IMG/VR virus record: IMGVR_UViG_3300014208_000031 | Coordinates: 64,001 to 128,000 of that record | DNA length: 64,000 bases | Origin: a virus | Strand: one strand, 5' to 3' | In this document: one piece after another, positions 52,101 to 61,280 of the stretch | How the letters are laid out: each line of letters begins with the position of its first letter | Position numbering within the stretch: the stretch's first letter is position 1 | Translations under genes and position numbers: made by a program | The notes under the pieces: model-generated | The model's input: the letters and a program-made list of their open reading frames with translations, nothing else | What the model was told of the DNA's origin: nothing | Database searches by the model: none

Positions 52101-52149
52101 ATATTTAATTTACACGTTATCTACAAAATCTATATCCTTTTCCAAAAAA

Positions 52150-52440
52150 TTAAAGACGATATTCTGGTTTTTTAGGAGTATTTTCTTCTTGTCCGGGCGG
52201 CTGCGGAACTCCAAATCTAAACATTTGTTGAAATTGCTGTTGAAGTAACTGCTCTTGAGAAACTTCCTGCTGAATTATCTCAGGTTGATTGGAAGATTTG
52301 ATAAATTGAATTGTGATATTTTCAATTGACCAAAACAATGCAACAAGTATTATTGTTAAACTAATATAAAAAGCTGATTTATTTATTGATTGTTCAGTCA
52401 TATTATTTTGTTTTCTCTGGTTCTTTAGGTTGAATTTCAC
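52150..52440 (-). CDS. Single-TM membrane protein with Gln/Pro-rich tail
   Basis: FYISLTIILVALFW transmembrane segment; QQ and PQPP tail. Confidence 0.6.
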   Translation of the reverse strand: MKFNLKNQRKQNNMTEQSINKSAFYISLTIILVALFWSIENITIQFIKSSNQPEIIQQEVSQEQLLQQQFQQMFRFGVPQPPGQEENTPKKPEYRL

Positions 52441-53011
52441 CCGGCGTTAAATTATAAAACATATATTCTTGTTCTAGACTTTCTGAGCCGCCGCCCTTTT
52501 GACCACTTTCTTTGTCTCCCGGCTGGCCTTTTCCTTTGCCTTTGCCTTTTCCGCCCGATTTACCATTTTTAGTTAATTTTCCAGTAACTTTTTGACCTTT
52601 TTGTAATTTTTCCATTACTTTTTGAAGTTGCTCATGTAAATTTCTAGAATAAGGTAATCTAAACATTCTAGGTTCGTTTTTGTCGCTTTCGTATTTTAAC
52701 ATTTTAAAAAATTGATTGTCGTAATTACTTTTTACACTATCTAATGTAAGATAAATTGCGCCTTTTTGACCTAAATTTTTATTTGGTTCTTTGATATTAG
52801 CGGCGACAATCGTTACAACTTCTGGCATACCACTATCGTCCGCCGCCCAGCCGAGGAAACTGTCTAGGCCGGAAAATACTCCAACCGTGAACAAGCAAAA
52901 GAGTGAAGTCATTAAAATCTTAAAAATCGCGTGGACTTTTGACTCAACTAATAACCAAAAAATTATTCCGCCGAGAAAAAGAAGGCTGAAATAGATTGAA
53001 AAAGGTATCAT
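52403..53011 (-). CDS. Two-TM membrane protein with soluble domain and Gly/Lys linker
   Basis: Two N-terminal hydrophobic helices; EPR.FRLPY; GKGKGKG. Confidence 0.7.
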   Translation of the reverse strand: MIPFSIYFSLLFLGGIIFWLLVESKVHAIFKILMTSLFCLFTVGVFSGLDSFLGWAADDSGMPEVVTIVAANIKEPNKNLGQKGAIYLTLDSVKSNYDNQFFKMLKYESDKNEPRMFRLPYSRNLHEQLQKVMEKLQKGQKVTGKLTKNGKSGGKGKGKGKGQPGDKESGQKGGGSESLEQEYMFYNLTPGEIQPKEPEKTK

Positions 53012-53012
53012 A

Positions 53013-53252
53013 TTAATCTAATCCATCTAAATAATTATTATGAATATGAACTCTTTCTCGAAAATTTTTAATCAATCTTAAAAAATCTTCTTGACCGCTT
53101 GTAAACATAAAGTTTAAAATTAGTTCTAAGCCAAATCTATTTTCCCAAACTTGACTAAATCTAAACATTTCTTGACCATCATATTCAATAATATAAAATC
53201 TATCAAAATATTTAATTAGGAATTTCCCTATTTTACAATTTGGCGCTCTCAT
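53013..53252 (-). CDS. Hypothetical protein
   Basis: Packed ORF inside the membrane operon. Confidence 0.5.
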   Translation of the reverse strand: MRAPNCKIGKFLIKYFDRFYIIEYDGQEMFRFSQVWENRFGLELILNFMFTSGQEDFLRLIKNFRERVHIHNNYLDGLD

Positions 53253-53256
53253 ATTT

Positions 53257-53871
53257 TTATTGTTCGGCGGATTCTGCCCCGCTAATTACTGCAATTTTCG
53301 CGGGTAATTCATTTGTCTCGGTAACTTCTCCATTTTTATCAAATTTAAATCTAAAAAATGTTTCTTCGTCTCCAGAATGATTAAATACTCTTTCTTTAAC
53401 AATTATTTCTTTAAATGGTTTGATTTTGACTAATTTAACTTTTACCGTTAATGGCCCGGTTTCGCCCGGATACTTTCTGTAGCAATGTCCATTAACTATA
53501 TATTCACCTTCTTTAGTTCCTCTAATTGATATAATTTCTTCGTTAATTTTAACTATTGTTCCGTCAGCGCGCCGATCTGAACTAGCGCCCAAGTCATCCC
53601 TCTTTAAAGCAAATAAACTTCCTTGCCCTCCTTCGCGTCGATTGAACCCGACAATATTCCCGGCGCTGTCTTGCGACCAGAGATCGACATCAGAGGAACT
53701 TTCTGGATTCCACGTCATAACAATTTCATATAATTCAGTTAACTGAATTGAACTATCATTTTTTTTAGTAATAGAGCTAAATGCAAGAATAAGGATAAAA
53801 ACAAGTAAAATATTTGTATGGTAATCAACAAAGGGAATAAGATTAGGTCTAACCTGTCTATAAGTTCTCAT
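53257..53871 (-). CDS. ExbD/TolR-like TM helix fused to a YfaP/DUF2135-like domain
   Basis: NLIPFVD followed by a TM helix; W...DVDLW...RDDLG...NEE.I...GEY.VN.H.Y. Confidence 0.65.
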   Translation of the reverse strand: MRTYRQVRPNLIPFVDYHTNILLVFILILAFSSITKKNDSSIQLTELYEIVMTWNPESSSDVDLWSQDSAGNIVGFNRREGGQGSLFALKRDDLGASSDRRADGTIVKINEEIISIRGTKEGEYIVNGHCYRKYPGETGPLTVKVKLVKIKPFKEIIVKERVFNHSGDEETFFRFKFDKNGEVTETNELPAKIAVISGAESAEQ

Positions 53872-53882
53872 GTTTTATTTAA

Positions 53883-54356
53883 TTAACGGCTTTCATCATT
53901 TTTTAAATTTCTACTAACAATAAATAATTGAGATGAAAGTAAAATAGTACATATTAGTGCAAAAATCGTAGTTATTAACGTTCTTCCAGTTCCCGCCATT
54001 AGCTGTTTCAAAAACTCTGCCGTGTCTCCGCCCTGCGCGAGTGGCAAGGCTTTAACGATTGTGAAGCAAAGTCCCCCGGTCGTTCCGAGCAAACCGAGCA
54101 GCAGGAAGGTTTCTGACATGAAATAAGCTGGTTGTAATCTATGAATATGGCTTTCTGTATCTAGAGGATTTTTGTCAATTAACCAAGATATTCTTCCTAG
54201 CTGAAATGAAAATATTACATATAAAATTAAACAAACTAAGGCTATATATGAGGCGTCGTGTTCTAACATGTATTGAAAAACGCCCTGATAAAAGCCTCCT
54301 ACCGAGGCGGTGAAAATAATAGCGTTAATCACAAACCAGCGAGTAAATGTTTTCAT
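53883..54356 (-). CDS. MotA/TolQ/ExbB proton-channel family protein
   Basis: Four hydrophobic segments; LGLLGTTGGL and LITTIFAL. Confidence 0.7.
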   Translation of the reverse strand: MKTFTRWFVINAIIFTASVGGFYQGVFQYMLEHDASYIALVCLILYVIFSFQLGRISWLIDKNPLDTESHIHRLQPAYFMSETFLLLGLLGTTGGLCFTIVKALPLAQGGDTAEFLKQLMAGTGRTLITTIFALICTILLSSQLFIVSRNLKNDESR

Positions 54357-54357
54357 A

Positions 54358-55359
54358 TTAAGTATTCTTGCTTTTTCTTGTTTCTAGTGGTAATCCCAGT
54401 CTTATTTTAATTTTTTTGGTTAAATAAGAATTAAGATTGACGATTCGCGCAGATTCTTTAAAAGACTTTCCAGAGTCCAAAAGTTCTTTTACTTTTTCAA
54501 ATTTCATTTCTGCTTTTTCATAATATGTTATATGGTTAACATTAATGTTGTCCCATTTCCTCTTCATAATAGGAAGATTGAGTTTTATCGCACATTTCTT
54601 TAGCTCCCTAAGAATCGGGAACTTATGCATAATCAAAATTATACAATTGTCTTTTCGATTGGGTGGAGAAACGCGAACAGTTAAATTAAATATTGATTCT
54701 ATCTTTTCTTTTAGAGCTGCAAAAAAATCGCCCCAATTTTTATGACAACAAACCTGTATTACTACAGTGTTATTTTTTTTCTTATGAATGCATCCGTCGC
54801 CATCTATCAAACCAATTAAAAAAGATAAAAATAAGTCATTGGGTAAACTTTTATAAAACTGGAAGTTTTGTGGTGGATATAGTGTTTTATTCTGCTGTAA
54901 GTCAAATTTATCCTGAATTTTAAAATAGTTTTTATTATCGTTTCCCTGTAATGAAGACTGCACCGAATATTTTATTTCATTTTTATATTCATGCGAATGT
55001 TTGTGTGAATAAAAATTAAACTTAACATTTTCAAAAGCATTCTTTAACCATTCGGTATCTTTTTCATTTACCGAAATACAAATTCCGCCAGACTTAGTAA
55101 AACATCCATCAGCCGCGATAAAACCCATTTGATAATAAGCTAACGGGGTTTCTAGTAAAAGGTTACTTAATTCACATGTTCTATTATATGCTTCGGTGAT
55201 TTCGGGATTCTTTTTTAAGCCTAAACGACGTGCTCTTTTATGAATTGCAACTACAGATCGGTCGGGGAATAATTTAGTTAATTCTTGATGTGTGGCATCA
55301 AAATAGAATTTTCTTAATGTGTTGTCTTCTTCTGTTGTATAGTCTGGATTTTTTGCCAT
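54358..55359 (-). CDS. LAGLIDADG homing endonuclease with N-terminal Myb/HTH-like domain
   Basis: YYQMGFIAADG and FLIGLIDGDG; YT.EED..LR...RS..AI..RA.RLGL. Confidence 0.9.
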   Translation of the reverse strand: MAKNPDYTTEEDNTLRKFYFDATHQELTKLFPDRSVVAIHKRARRLGLKKNPEITEAYNRTCELSNLLLETPLAYYQMGFIAADGCFTKSGGICISVNEKDTEWLKNAFENVKFNFYSHKHSHEYKNEIKYSVQSSLQGNDNKNYFKIQDKFDLQQNKTLYPPQNFQFYKSLPNDLFLSFLIGLIDGDGCIHKKKNNTVVIQVCCHKNWGDFFAALKEKIESIFNLTVRVSPPNRKDNCIILIMHKFPILRELKKCAIKLNLPIMKRKWDNINVNHITYYEKAEMKFEKVKELLDSGKSFKESARIVNLNSYLTKKIKIRLGLPLETRKSKNT

Positions 55360-55483
55360 TTCGTTTTAAAACTTAAACCGTCTAAACACTATATCCTTTT
55401 GTTTTGGAAAGTCAAGGGTTTTGGGAAATTAGTTTAATGGCGGGTAAAACGCTCGGATTCATGGAAAAGTGTAAATAAAATAC

Positions 55484-55807
55484 GTGAACTTTATTGTCCG
55501 CGCAGAAATTTTAAATCCTCCTACACGACTTTTGTGTTTTAGAGATTTATGCTTCTGGCTGCATTATGATTTTAGGCAATTTGAAAATATTTTAATTGAA
55601 GTGGCGCGACCAGAAATAGATATTTATTATAAATATTTAAAGAATTCACCCGGTTCGATGGATTTTGTTGCCGATTTTATCGAAGAAGATTATAAAGAAA
55701 AGGGTTTAAGGTTGGCGGACGAACCAGTAATTAGTCCTACTATTCAGGCGGTTTACATTAACGAAAAAAATGTTTATTCAATTTTAAGGGCTGTAGGATA
55801 CAACTAA
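55484..55807 (+). CDS. Hypothetical protein (lone plus-strand gene with AGTGTAAA upstream)
   Basis: Fills the gap between minus-strand genes; motif at 55468. Confidence 0.65.
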   Translation: MNFIVRAEILNPPTRLLCFRDLCFWLHYDFRQFENILIEVARPEIDIYYKYLKNSPGSMDFVADFIEEDYKEKGLRLADEPVISPTIQAVYINEKNVYSILRAVGYN

Positions 55808-56532
55808 AAAGCGTCCGCCGAATAGTGTTCCAGCATCGTCATAATATCTTTTTTCATATAATCGACTTTGATAATTTCTATTTTCTTGTCCGCCGGATTC
55901 ACCCAAAAGATATTTAGATTTTTATTAACGTTATAGCCCTGTAAAGACAAAAGATAGGAATATAAGCTTAACTGAAGAGAGTATCTTGTGATCGCATCGT
56001 TTTTCAGATGATTTAACGGATATAAAAGTTTATTGTAGGCTTTTTTTGTCAAAGACTCATTTGTTTTGAGGTCGCAAATTCTTATTTCATTTTTATCTTT
56101 ATTATACTCCACAAAATCACTCAAACCAGACACGAGTAAATCTTTAGAATAGACAAGAACTTCCGAAAAAACCGGATATTCAAATGTTGGATAAATATCA
56201 TTTTTGAAATTTTCTACTATTTCTTTATTCGCGGATTTCCTTATTTTTTTAGTGTTAATAAAATGTTCTATTTCTGCGTGTACTGCCGAGCCGTATAGAC
56301 AACTTAGATCGCGCTTATCGTTCCAGCGCTTTCTTAAAACTTCTTTATCTATTCCTTCACGTTTTGCACACATCGTAAGAATAATCCCAGATTCGTCGAA
56401 GGGAATTTCATATAAATGTATAAGTTGCGAGACTGAGATATATTTATTATTTTCTTTGTCTATGTAGCTGTGATCGTCCGCGTGAAACGTGACAAAATCT
56501 TGCTCAAATGGATTTTTAGGTTTTCTTCCCAT
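55804..56532 (-). CDS. PD-(D/E)XK exonuclease
   Basis: H.Y..SVS, GSAVH..IE, SEVLV, SG.SD, DLKTN, YSLQLSLY. Confidence 0.85.
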   Translation of the reverse strand: MGRKPKNPFEQDFVTFHADDHSYIDKENNKYISVSQLIHLYEIPFDESGIILTMCAKREGIDKEVLRKRWNDKRDLSCLYGSAVHAEIEHFINTKKIRKSANKEIVENFKNDIYPTFEYPVFSEVLVYSKDLLVSGLSDFVEYNKDKNEIRICDLKTNESLTKKAYNKLLYPLNHLKNDAITRYSLQLSLYSYLLSLQGYNVNKNLNIFWVNPADKKIEIIKVDYMKKDIMTMLEHYSADAF

Positions 56533-57788
56533 TATAGTAATATTTCTTGGATTCTATTTTTTGCTATTTCGCAATATTCTGGATTAAGATCAAATAAAAT
56601 GTAATCTCTTCCTAGTTGTTTGACTACTAAACCCACGCTGCCCGCGCCGCCAAATGGATCAATTACAACACAAGGCTTAATTTCGTCAGTCTCGCATTTG
56701 CAATCTTTTTTCCAACCAACTGTTTTCTTTTCTACCATTCCGGCGAGAATCCGGGCTTTGACTTCACTAGCATTTTGAACATTATTTTTTTTAAATTCTT
56801 TAGTTGCTTCGCAGAGATATTCACCGTTTGAATCCGCGCCACAAAGTCTTTTATGTTCTTCGTCCGCGCGACCTTTTTCTATTATTCTTGTATATGGTTT
56901 ACCGCAATTAAAACAGCAACCATATTCACTTGTTCCGGCTAAAATACATGGTTCAATAAGTTTGGTGGCCATTACAGCAAAATGTGCTCCCCTAAAACTT
57001 TCGGGATTTATTGTCCAAACCGATCTAATATTTCTTTTAGAAGACATTAAGGCTCCCATTTCGGCGCGGCTAATTCCCTTTTTACCTTTTCCGTGGCGAT
57101 CTTCTTTAGAAAATATATTTAAATCTGATCTTGTAGATTTTTGTTCTTTTGCTTTTTTTATACAATCCAAAGTATAAGGATTTGTAGTTTCTTCTGCAAC
57201 TGCTTCATTATCATAATAATACTTAGTTCCTTTAGTTAACATAAAAACAGTTTCATGAGATTTAGTCGGGCGGTCTTTGCAGCTTTCTGGCATACAACTT
57301 CCTGAATATTTGTTGTTAAAACTAATTCCTTTAGCCCAAATAATTTCACTTCTAACTGTCCAGCCCCAATCTTGGAGTGCAAATGCTACTCTCCAAGGAA
57401 CACCTATTAAATCTTTAGGTTTTAAACCGGCGGGGACTTTTGATCCTTTTCCCTCAACTGACTGAGCTACTCCCTTGTTTGCTCCCTTGTTACTGGCAAC
57501 TTGATAAGTTCTATTAGCTGCATAACTATCTCCTAAATTCAAATATAAAATTCCATCGTCTCGTAAAACTCTATAAACTTCCGAAAAGATTTTTACTAAA
57601 TTGTCAATATATTCTTGTAAGGATTCTTCTGCTCCAATTTCTAAATGTTTATTAGGATCATCTTTGGATAAATAAGAGCGTAAAGAAAAGTATGGAGGAC
57701 TCGTCACGCAAAGTTGTATGGATTTATCATCTAACTGTTTGAGTAAGTCTAAATTATTTCCACAGTAAATCTTATTTAATTCAAGCAT
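56532..57788 (-). CDS. Beta-class amino DNA methyltransferase (SPPY, likely N4-cytosine)
   Basis: VTSPPY...NLGDSY...IIWAK...DPFGGAG. The real start is probably MLELNK at 57788. Confidence 0.9.
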   Translation of the reverse strand: MLELNKIYCGNNLDLLKQLDDKSIQLCVTSPPYFSLRSYLSKDDPNKHLEIGAEESLQEYIDNLVKIFSEVYRVLRDDGILYLNLGDSYAANRTYQVASNKGANKGVAQSVEGKGSKVPAGLKPKDLIGVPWRVAFALQDWGWTVRSEIIWAKGISFNNKYSGSCMPESCKDRPTKSHETVFMLTKGTKYYYDNEAVAEETTNPYTLDCIKKAKEQKSTRSDLNIFSKEDRHGKGKKGISRAEMGALMSSKRNIRSVWTINPESFRGAHFAVMATKLIEPCILAGTSEYGCCFNCGKPYTRIIEKGRADEEHKRLCGADSNGEYLCEATKEFKKNNVQNASEVKARILAGMVEKKTVGWKKDCKCETDEIKPCVVIDPFGGAGSVGLVVKQLGRDYILFDLNPEYCEIAKNRIQEILL

Positions 57789-57804
57789 GTTGTAATATAT
57801 ATTT

Positions 57805-58398
57805 TTATTGGTTGGATTCGTAGAATGCGCGACAAAACCCCATCGGGGTAATCGAACGAAGCATTTTGGTCTTCTCTGACTTCCCGCCGAGTCTTTGCAA
57901 ATGTGAGCCTTGAGGACAGCTACGAATGGGTTCAACCATATTTGTTGGTTCTGGAAAATTAAATCGGCCCCAAAGTCCAGTTTTTTTACTATAAAAATCT
58001 CCGTAAAAATAAGGCTGGAAATATCTCGGCCCCAACTCTTTCATTTCTGGAATTAATCTATTTATCCGCCCGACGGGATTTTCAATAGCATAAAATTTAG
58101 GGTTTAGTTTTTTAATTATTTCTAAAGTTCTTTTAATTAATTTAATACTATATTCTGTTCTGCCGTCCAAATCCTTGTCTTTGAACCATCGCGCGCCGCT
58201 AACGGCAAAATTATCGCAAGGCGGCGCGGCCAATATTCCATAAACATCATCAGGGTCTAAATCATTTAACCAAGAATCATCAAAAACATCATGACCATAT
58301 TTTATATTAATTTGAATACACGGATAACCGTTTTGACGATATGGTAATACCCAATTTCCGCTGTAATCAAACAGCGATAAAATTACTTTATTTAACAC
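57805..58398 (-). CDS. Short C5-cytosine methyltransferase-like protein
   Basis: LSLFDYSG (degenerate motif I), AAPPCDNF (motif IV), IENPV (motif VI); 197 aa. Confidence 0.75.
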   Translation of the reverse strand: MLNKVILSLFDYSGNWVLPYRQNGYPCIQINIKYGHDVFDDSWLNDLDPDDVYGILAAPPCDNFAVSGARWFKDKDLDGRTEYSIKLIKRTLEIIKKLNPKFYAIENPVGRINRLIPEMKELGPRYFQPYFYGDFYSKKTGLWGRFNFPEPTNMVEPIRSCPQGSHLQRLGGKSEKTKMLRSITPMGFCRAFYESNQ

Positions 58399-58404
58399 GG
58401 GAAT

Positions 58405-59886
58405 TTAAAAAGTTAAATGCCAAGTTTCGTAATCTTTATTGTCAGAAATAACTAAAGCATTTTGAGTTGGCGTTCCTTCTAAATTAAGGGCATTAGCAAA
58501 TTCATCTCCTTTAGGTAAAGCCCCGAAAGTAAAGAAAGTAAATTGTCCTAAGTCCGCCGATTCAAACGCATGAGTATCACCTTTAATAAAGAAAATACGT
58601 TCAGGTTCATAAAACTTTAATTCCTTACTTGCAATTCTAATAAGTTTTTGGACAAAGGCCACGCGGCCTTTTTTATCTTGAGGAACTTTAAAGTCGTATT
58701 CCGCGGCGGCCCCATGATGCGCGATAATCATAGAATTATTAACTCTGAAAAACATAGAGTCTTTTAATGACAAATGAAATTTAACAAAATCATAATCTCT
58801 AAAAATTTCCTGAATTAGTTTAAAGGTAGGATAAAACGTCCAGCCTTCGTGATTACCCGTTCCAACATAACAATTAATTTCATTAAAGTGATCCGCGCAA
58901 TTCGATATTAAAATACTAATAGCTTTGATTGTAGCGTCAAATTGTTCATATTTAAAAGTATCACATTTTAACACTGTGCCCTTTGTTGTGCGGCCTTCAA
59001 ACCCATGATTAATATCACCATTAAAAAGAAGGGTTAGTTTGTCGATATTTCTTGATTTGGCGCGATTAACAACCTTATTCGCTACTGTTTCAATAGCGTT
59101 AAAACATTTTTCGGTATTCCATTCCTCACCGAATACTAAGAATCTACCATCAGCTTTATTTCCAATCTGCCAATCGTTAGCAGATAAAAGAATTACATCA
59201 TTAGAATAGTCATAATTGACAATTTTTTGCTTTACGTTATTTAATTTAAAGTCAAATTTAGAAATATATTGCTCAAAAGGGTCAAGCACTCCTACCTGAA
59301 ATTCTCTCCATTTATTTGCTAAATGGGCGGATTCACGCCAGTCTTTTTTATTAAACTCTTGGACTATTTTAAATTTCTTTAATTCTAATAAATCCGCCGA
59401 AATATCTTCTACGCTTTTATCTTTAATTTCTTCTTCAGTTAGGGGAAGTTCGGAGTGTGTTAGCCCAAGCTTTTTAATAATTTCCGTAAGAAAATGTCGA
59501 GGGATTCCGTGGGCGCGGGCCAATTCGTTAATTGTTGCTGGCTCACCGAGTAAATCACTAAAGCTACGCTGAATATCGCGGACAACTTCACCCTTTAAGG
59601 TAATATTTTTATTTAATTTATTAAGAAAAAGAATATAAACATCTAAATCTTTATTATATGTTACTTCTCCATTAAAATCTAATTCTTGGCCCCAGTTAGA
59701 AGTTTCGTTTATTAAGGTATCTTGATTTAGAATTTCACGTTTGGTCTGATTAAAGACTTCGTTTGACTGTGATTTCGATAGTTTTGTAGTATGTTTAAAC
59801 CATCGACGCATATTACATTCCAGTTCTCCGGTGGATAATCTTTCTTTAAACTCTTTTAATATTTCCGACGTAACATTTTTATTCAT
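58405..59886 (-). CDS. Calcineurin-like metallophosphoesterase with helical N-terminus
   Basis: DWQIG, GDINHG, GNHE, AHHG, GDTH. Confidence 0.8.
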   Translation of the reverse strand: MNKNVTSEILKEFKERLSTGELECNMRRWFKHTTKLSKSQSNEVFNQTKREILNQDTLINETSNWGQELDFNGEVTYNKDLDVYILFLNKLNKNITLKGEVVRDIQRSFSDLLGEPATINELARAHGIPRHFLTEIIKKLGLTHSELPLTEEEIKDKSVEDISADLLELKKFKIVQEFNKKDWRESAHLANKWREFQVGVLDPFEQYISKFDFKLNNVKQKIVNYDYSNDVILLSANDWQIGNKADGRFLVFGEEWNTEKCFNAIETVANKVVNRAKSRNIDKLTLLFNGDINHGFEGRTTKGTVLKCDTFKYEQFDATIKAISILISNCADHFNEINCYVGTGNHEGWTFYPTFKLIQEIFRDYDFVKFHLSLKDSMFFRVNNSMIIAHHGAAAEYDFKVPQDKKGRVAFVQKLIRIASKELKFYEPERIFFIKGDTHAFESADLGQFTFFTFGALPKGDEFANALNLEGTPTQNALVISDNKDYETWHLTF

Positions 59887-59898
59887 ATTTTTAATCTT

Positions 59899-60260
59899 TT
59901 ATTTATTATATCCTAGTTCTCTTGTCAATTTAAGAAATTTTTCTGTATTGATAATTGTAAAAGTATATTCTTTTTCTCCCCAATTACATTCCCATTCTCC
60001 AAGATTTAATCTATGAAGGGCTGCCCACCAAATATTTTGCTGTTCTTTTGTTTCTGTTTTCATGGTTTTTGCTTTCTCTTTAAGAAGCCGCATGAATTTA
60101 AATCAAGATTTATTTCTCCATATTGATTAATAAATTCAAATTGTTCAGCTTCTACATAACCAATTTGTCCGCCGATTTCTCCGGCCAAAATATCAGGTTC
60201 TGGCGGCTGTTCATCTAAAAATGGAAAAACTAGTTGAGTTTCAGAATTTAATTCATTCAT
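59899..60260 (-). other. Two small hypothetical ORFs (59899..60093 and 60060..60260)
   Basis: Co-oriented; promoter motifs at 60274-60289. Confidence 0.5.
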
Positions 60261-60299
60261 TTTGTCTTTATCTTATATCCTTTTACACTATTTGGCCGG

Positions 60300-60731
60300 T
60301 CAATATCGTTCTTGGACGATAAAACTATCGGCGGAATCACTATCAATATTTAAAGCCATACTAATTAGCCAATTTACATTTGGAACAACATCTGGCAATA
60401 ATTTAACTTGAAAAATAGATATTTCTTCGTTTTCCATCTGTTTAGCTTCGGTAATTTTATTACTAAATGTTCTAAAAAAATGAACTTTCCAGTCACATTG
60501 AATATTTTGGCCGGTTAAAATTGCAAATTTATGCCAGTTTTCCTCAGAAATATCTATTCCTAGTTCTTCTTTGGTTTCCCTGACCATGCAAGTTTCAATA
60601 GTTTCATCAACTTCCAATCTTCCGCCGATCCCATTCCATAAATTGGGTGTTGGAGAATTTGGTTTCTTTTTAATTAGTAAAACTCGATTACCGGAAATAT
60701 CGAAAATAAATCCACAAGAATATTCTTTCAT
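60300..60731 (-). CDS. NUDIX hydrolase
   Basis: GGRLEVDETIETCMVRETKEELGI Nudix box. Confidence 0.9.
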   Translation of the reverse strand: MKEYSCGFIFDISGNRVLLIKKKPNSPTPNLWNGIGGRLEVDETIETCMVRETKEELGIDISEENWHKFAILTGQNIQCDWKVHFFRTFSNKITEAKQMENEEISIFQVKLLPDVVPNVNWLISMALNIDSDSADSFIVQERY

Positions 60732-60790
60732 AAGAAAATTTATATACTTTTTAGTCTAGAAATTAACTTTCTAAAAACTCTACTACTTCA

Positions 60791-61264
60791 TCAAAAGATT
60801 TGTTGTTTTAAGTCTAAAACCGGTATTTTTAATGATTCTGCAATACGAACACCTTGCCCAGTGCCTCCCCCTCCTTGCTTTTTATGATTTAAAAATACAA
60901 TAACTTTGTCCGCTCGGTGGACGATACCATAATTTCTCGCCATCAGTCTTTTAACACCCTGGCTTAAATTATTCCAACCTCCATGAAACGGAGCGGTCAA
61001 TTCAAACCATTCTTTTTTAGGTTCGTAACAAATTTTGTTTTTAGGATTTAGATGATAAGTTTCATATGTTTTCCAAGGAAGATAAATTATTACGTTTTCC
61101 GGTTTAATAGAATTCCCTCCTTTTGCAAATGCTTGGTCAGAACCTAATGCGTTACCAGATGATATATAGTCCCCGCCCGAAACAATAAATCGACCAATCT
61201 GAAAAAACAACTCTTCTTGATCCAAATTTATAGTTCTAGACCCGATACATGCAATACGTTTCAT
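60791..61264 (-). CDS. SLOG/DprA-like protein
   Basis: IACIGSR, SGNALGSD, ARN, GGTGQ..RIA...IPV. Confidence 0.8.
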   Translation of the reverse strand: MKRIACIGSRTINLDQEELFFQIGRFIVSGGDYISSGNALGSDQAFAKGGNSIKPENVIIYLPWKTYETYHLNPKNKICYEPKKEWFELTAPFHGGWNNLSQGVKRLMARNYGIVHRADKVIVFLNHKKQGGGGTGQGVRIAESLKIPVLDLKQQIF

Positions 61265-61280
61265 CTAAATTTATATCCTT

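Noticed and set aside
57789-57935. N-terminal extension of the 467-aa methyltransferase ORF
   Set aside because: It overlaps the upstream MTase gene in another frame; the typical family start MLELNKIYCG begins at 57788.
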